Below, one piece after another: positions 16,238-20,000 of a stretch of DNA of 20,000 bases. Each line of letters starts with the position of its first letter. Positions within the stretch are counted from its first letter, which is position 1. The DNA lies in sequence record SRR2962707_526, one strand, 5' to 3'. The position numbers and the translations under genes are program-made. The notes under the pieces are model-generated. The model was given only the letters and a program-made list of their open reading frames with translations. It was not told the origin of the DNA and ran no database searches.

Positions 16238-17881
16238 TTGAGTGAGTTACAAGAGAACAGCCAGTCGGTACGCAAGGTACGCTTCAATTCGATTTGGCTT
16301 GTTCCTTTATTGGCCCTAATCGTAGCGGGTTGGATGGTGTATCAAAATTGGTCGAGTGAAGGCCCAGAAATCACCTTGATCGCCTCTAATGCAGAAGGGT
16401 TGGAAGCCGGGAAAACCAAGATCAAAGCACGCAATGTTGATATTGGTACCGTGACTCGTATTCGCCTTAGTGCAGATTACAATACGGCGATTATTTCTGT
16501 GCGGATGAACAAAGACACCGACAATATGTTGCACCAAGACGCTAAGTTTTGGGTGGTCAAACCTCGTGTTGGCAAAGAAGGCATCAGCGGTTTAGGCACC
16601 TTGTTATCCGGGGCGTATATTGATATGGAGCCCGGCTCTAATGGGGACATCAAGTCTCAATTTCATGTGCTTGAACAAGCGCCCCTGTCGACGACAGAAG
16701 ACAAGGGAGTGCGTGTCATACTCGATAGCACAGACAACTCAAAACTGGACGTTGGCACCGCTGTGCATTTTCGTGGTTACGACGTGGGTTATATTGAAAA
16801 AGTGGGTTTTGACACGAAAGCTGGGGCCATTACTTACCAAGTCTTTATCAAGGCCCCATACGATGCGTTGGTAAACCGCGCCGTCGAATTTTGGATAACC
16901 CCAGGCATTGCATTAAAAAGTTCGGCCCAAGGGGTGGAAGTACGCGTTGACTCACTGGAAACCTTATTATCTGGGGGCATCAGTTTTGGCTTGGTTCATC
17001 ATCAGAGAACAGGCAAAGCGGTGGAAGATTTAGCCAAATTCCATTTGTATAAATCCAAAGAAGCCGCGCAAAATCAGTATTTTAATCAATTTATTGAGTA
17101 TGTCTTTTTATTCAACTCTGACATCAGTGGCTTGGCGGCTGGTGCCCCCGTGGAGTTTCGAGGCATCCGCATTGGTACCGTTGAGCAAGTGCCTTTCACA
17201 GGTCTTTCTATGGTGGCGTTAACGTCATTGAAGCAGTCTGCGATTCCTGTATTGGCTCGTATTGAACCTCAGCGTTTGAACAATGGGGACAAAGACCTCA
17301 CGTTACAAGAATGGGAAGCCTTGCTTCAAGATCGAATTGACAGTGGCTTTCGAGCGACGCTGAAAACGCGTAACTTTTTAACCGGTGCTAAGGCGATTAA
17401 TATCGATTATTACCCTAATGCTAAGATTGAGAAAGCACAAAAAGTGGCGGGCATAGACGTCTTTCCTGTGACCAATACTGGCTTCTCAAGCATTGAAAAG
17501 AAAGTGACTGAGATACTCGATAAATTGGCGAAAGCACCCGTTAATGAAAGTTTGCAGAGCATTAAAAATACCATGAGCAATGCCAACGATACCTTGGCCT
17601 CGATGAAAGACGTTTCTGCACAAGTGGACCAGTTGATAAATCAGCCAGGGATACAGAAATTGCCTAAAGAGGTAATGACGACCTTGAATCAAGTGTCACG
17701 TATTCTAGAAGCGTATCAAACAAATGGTGAAATAGGGTTGCCGATAAAAGACAATCTAACGGCGTTGGAAAAGTCGTTAAACGAGCTTCAGCCATTATTA
17801 CGACAGCTGAGAAATAACCCAAATACCTTAATTTTTGATAAAAAATCGCAGCCAGATATACAACCTAAAGCCGCACAGTAA
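16238..17881 (+). CDS. pqiB: Intermembrane transport protein PqiB (three MCE domains plus helical tail)
   Basis: IWLVPLLAL TM anchor, AEGLEAGKTKIK, FWVVKPR.G..GISGLGTLLSGAYI, G..V.FRG..VG, GL..GAPVEFRGIRIG.V, NFLTG and a C-terminal L...PN.LIF. TTG start with AAGGGG upstream. Confidence 0.95.
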   Translation: MSELQENSQSVRKVRFNSIWLVPLLALIVAGWMVYQNWSSEGPEITLIASNAEGLEAGKTKIKARNVDIGTVTRIRLSADYNTAIISVRMNKDTDNMLHQDAKFWVVKPRVGKEGISGLGTLLSGAYIDMEPGSNGDIKSQFHVLEQAPLSTTEDKGVRVILDSTDNSKLDVGTAVHFRGYDVGYIEKVGFDTKAGAITYQVFIKAPYDALVNRAVEFWITPGIALKSSAQGVEVRVDSLETLLSGGISFGLVHHQRTGKAVEDLAKFHLYKSKEAAQNQYFNQFIEYVFLFNSDISGLAAGAPVEFRGIRIGTVEQVPFTGLSMVALTSLKQSAIPVLARIEPQRLNNGDKDLTLQEWEALLQDRIDSGFRATLKTRNFLTGAKAINIDYYPNAKIEKAQKVAGIDVFPVTNTGFSSIEKKVTEILDKLAKAPVNESLQSIKNTMSNANDTLASMKDVSAQVDQLINQPGIQKLPKEVMTTLNQVSRILEAYQTNGEIGLPIKDNLTALEKSLNELQPLLRQLRNNPNTLIFDKKSQPDIQPKAAQ

Positions 17882-17893
17882 AAGGAAAGAGAT

Positions 17894-18487
17894 ATGAAAC
17901 GTCAGTATTTATCGGCTTTAATGGTCATCTGTTTATCTTGGTTATTGGCAGGGTGTGCCAGCACTGCGCTGCCGAGTAGTGAATATTTGTTGATGGACAA
18001 CACGCCTAAAATGGTGATCAGTGATCCTAAAACTCAGGTCAATATTCAGCTCATGCCAATTCAGGTGGCAGATTATTTGGCAGGCAGCGAAATCGTTTTA
18101 CTGTCTAAGCAAGGCGAAGTGCACCGCTCTCAACAAAATTTATGGGCTGAGCCATTGTCTTCGCAATTAAATCGCTTAACGATGCAGGGCTTAATTCAGC
18201 GTTTACCGGCCGCAAACTGGTATAAAGGGCACAATACTCGGGTGTCGAATCTGCTTAAATTAAGCATAGAGGTAGACGCCTTTTATGGAGGGTTAGATGG
18301 TCAGGTGTATGTGTCTGGACGTTGGACATTGTTCTCTGAAACTGGGCAAATTATTCGTTCCCATGGGTTTATGGTAAAAGAAACATTGAGCGAGAATGGT
18401 TATTCCGCCTTGGTACAAACGTTGGCGTCTACTTGGTTCCAAAAAGTCATAGACCCGATGGCAAAAAGTATTACAGATGCGCTTTAA
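17894..18487 (+). CDS. pqiC: PqiC-family outer-membrane lipoprotein
   Basis: Lipobox LAG|C, V.DYL....IV, WAEPL..QL, FYG..DG.V.VSGRW and GYSALV..L. Follows pqiB with an AAGGA RBS. Confidence 0.9.
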   Translation: MKRQYLSALMVICLSWLLAGCASTALPSSEYLLMDNTPKMVISDPKTQVNIQLMPIQVADYLAGSEIVLLSKQGEVHRSQQNLWAEPLSSQLNRLTMQGLIQRLPAANWYKGHNTRVSNLLKLSIEVDAFYGGLDGQVYVSGRWTLFSETGQIIRSHGFMVKETLSENGYSALVQTLASTWFQKVIDPMAKSITDAL

Positions 18488-18514
18488 TGTTTACGTATTA
18501 ACGGGAAAAATTGT

Positions 18515-18997
18515 ATGGCGGTTAGTGTATTAAATGCCTCTTCATGGTCAGATATTCAGCGGATCCAACAAGCGGCTTATGTTGAGTCTCTGCATGAAGA
18601 GTGTGAAGTACTGAAAAGTAAATGGCAGGCTTCTCCAGACACTTGTTTTCAGTATCGCGATGAGACTGGGCGCATTGTTGCCTATTTATTGACCCACGCA
18701 TGGGGATCGTCTGCAGCGCCAAAATTACACGATGCGTTGCCTGAGGCTTGCGCTGGTGATCAGTTGTTTGTCCACGACTTAGCGGTCTCACCAGAGGCGG
18801 CGGGGAAAGGCATTGCAAAAGCCTTGCTAAGTGCTTTTTTCGAGCAAGCGTCTTTAATGGGGTATAGCCGTTTTATGCTGGTTGCCGTGCAAGGGTCAGT
18901 GCCATTTTGGGCCCGCTATGGTTTTCAAGTAAAAGAGGTTCCGGTCAGTGAAAGCTACGGCGAAGGCGCACGGCTGATGGTGTTAAGTAAGGAATAA
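18515..18997 (+). CDS. GNAT family N-acetyltransferase
   Basis: Acetyl-CoA binding motif A (VHDLAVSPEAAGKGIA) and motif B (LVAVQGSVPFWARYGF). Confidence 0.9.
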   Translation: MAVSVLNASSWSDIQRIQQAAYVESLHEECEVLKSKWQASPDTCFQYRDETGRIVAYLLTHAWGSSAAPKLHDALPEACAGDQLFVHDLAVSPEAAGKGIAKALLSAFFEQASLMGYSRFMLVAVQGSVPFWARYGFQVKEVPVSESYGEGARLMVLSKE

Positions 18998-19125
18998 TGC
19001 GGCTCTAGAGCGGGGTGTTTTTGTTCTTTATGTCGTTGGCTATTCCCAGGCAGGGCTTGAGGCGAGTATATTGAGAAGGCATTGTAGATCAATATGTCCG
19101 CTTAATAATAAAAAAGGAGAGTGCT

Positions 19126-19728
19126 ATGGAGCTTGTGGTTGGAATGGAATCGACGTGGTCACTAAGGGTTTGGCTGTGCGCTAAAATGGTCAATGTTGAC
19201 TTGACAGAAACTGTGATTGATCTGTCTTTAGCAGACTATAAAACGACCCTTTATCAGCATTCTCCATCAGGGTTGGTGCCTGCTCTGAAAACCGATTCTC
19301 TTGTCATTCACGATTCTCTGGCCATTATTGAATACCTGAATGAACTGACAAAAGGAGCCTTGTATCCCATTTCTCTAGAAGACAGAGCCATTGCGCGCAG
19401 TTTGTGTGCAGAAATGCACTCTGGTTTTCATCAGCTACGTCAGCAGTGCCCATTTTCTTCCGCCAACTCAACACCGTTAGAGGTGATTCCAGACAGTGTG
19501 CAAGGCGAGTTGCTCAGAGTGGAAACGATATTTGCTCAAGCCGAAGGGCCATTTATGTTTGAGCGCCCTAGTGCGGTGGATGCGTGTTACGCCATTTTGG
19601 CGTATCGGTTGCAACAATACGGTGTGTATTTAACCGGCGATGCAGGAAAATATCAGCAGAGCTTGTTGCAATGGCCATTATTAAAAAGTGCCATTAAGCA
19701 GGCGCAACAATGGCGGTTAAGCGCTTAG
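19126..19728 (+). CDS. Glutathione S-transferase family protein
   Basis: STWSLRVWL, SPSGLVPAL, HDSLAIIEYLNE, RAIARSLCAEMHSGF..LR and S.VDA.YA. AAGGAG RBS. Confidence 0.92.
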   Translation: MELVVGMESTWSLRVWLCAKMVNVDLTETVIDLSLADYKTTLYQHSPSGLVPALKTDSLVIHDSLAIIEYLNELTKGALYPISLEDRAIARSLCAEMHSGFHQLRQQCPFSSANSTPLEVIPDSVQGELLRVETIFAQAEGPFMFERPSAVDACYAILAYRLQQYGVYLTGDAGKYQQSLLQWPLLKSAIKQAQQWRLSA

Positions 19729-19757
19729 TTAAGCTTTTATCCGATAACGGGTTAAGC

Positions 19758-19785
19758 AAAGAAAAGGGCACTTACCCAGTGCCCT
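19758..19785 (-). terminator. Rho-independent terminator-like hairpin
   Basis: The minus strand reads AGGGCACT-GGGTA-AGTGCCCT-TTTCTTT (8-bp stem at 19765-19785). The plus strand has no T-tract after the stem. Confidence 0.7.
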
Positions 19786-19888
19786 CAGACTAACAGTTAC
19801 GCACATATCATCGTTTTTCAGGATACTTTGATACCTTTTCTAGGCCCTATATTTACTGATTCTGTCCGTTTTAATCATTAATAAGGCT

Positions 19889-20000
19889 CTAGTTGAGCGT
19901 CATGACCATCTTTTTCATATTTTGGGCTGCAGCGGTCAGCAATCATTGTGATATGACCTTCGACTTACCTCTAAACCGTGCAGTTCTTTTGCATCGGCAA
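19889..20000 (-). pseudogene. IS1182-family transposase C-terminal remnant (frameshift plus internal stop), continuing off the right edge
   Basis: The minus strand reads ADAKELHG (19998-19975), then in a shifted frame FRGKSKVISQ*LLTAAAQNMKKMVMTLN* (19975-19889). This matches the recalled IS1182 C-terminal pattern FADAKELHGLRYAR.RG..KV..QCLLTAAAQN(M/I)KK. A TGA at 19945-19943 sits at the Cys position. Confidence 0.8.

Noticed and set aside
18998..19030. Palindrome GCTCTAGAGC plus T-run after the GNAT gene as a terminator
   Set aside because: The stem is too short, has almost no loop, and is separated from the T-tract.
1..20000. CRISPR arrays, tRNA/rRNA, riboswitches, integron attC sites, prophage or defence genes
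   Set aside because: No regularly spaced repeats, recognisable structured-RNA signatures or such protein motifs were seen by eye. A covariance-model search would be needed to exclude small ncRNAs.

Overview
This is a gene-dense chromosomal window from a gammaproteobacterium. Gene content and protein style suggest a marine Oceanospirillales member such as Marinomonas (inference, not verified). From left to right it contains: the 5' part of pabB (minus strand, missing from the ORF track); a divergent alpha/beta hydrolase; a compact four-gene type IV minor-pilin-like operon (FimT/GspH-, PilV-, PilW- and PilX-like) whose leader carries CsrA/RsmA-type ANGGA hairpins; a PP0621-family small protein; glutamine-dependent nadE; an apbE-family flavin transferase downstream of a cytochrome b561 gene; rluF with a long basic disordered tail; a Na/Pi cotransporter-family gene; opgG-opgH divergent from pqiA-pqiB-pqiC; a GNAT; a GST; and, at the right edge, a decayed IS1182-family transposase remnant (also missing from the ORF track) abutting a terminator hairpin. 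Most of the window is housekeeping or envelope genes, and I see no CRISPR array, RNA gene, prophage or defence island. The best leads are the Csr-gated, stripped-down minor-pilin operon, the cytochrome b561 + atypical ApbE pair with no flavinylation substrate in view, the hydrolase divergent from pabB, and the IS remnant. None is demonstrated novel from sequence alone. Family assignments rest on motifs recalled from memory, not on database searches.
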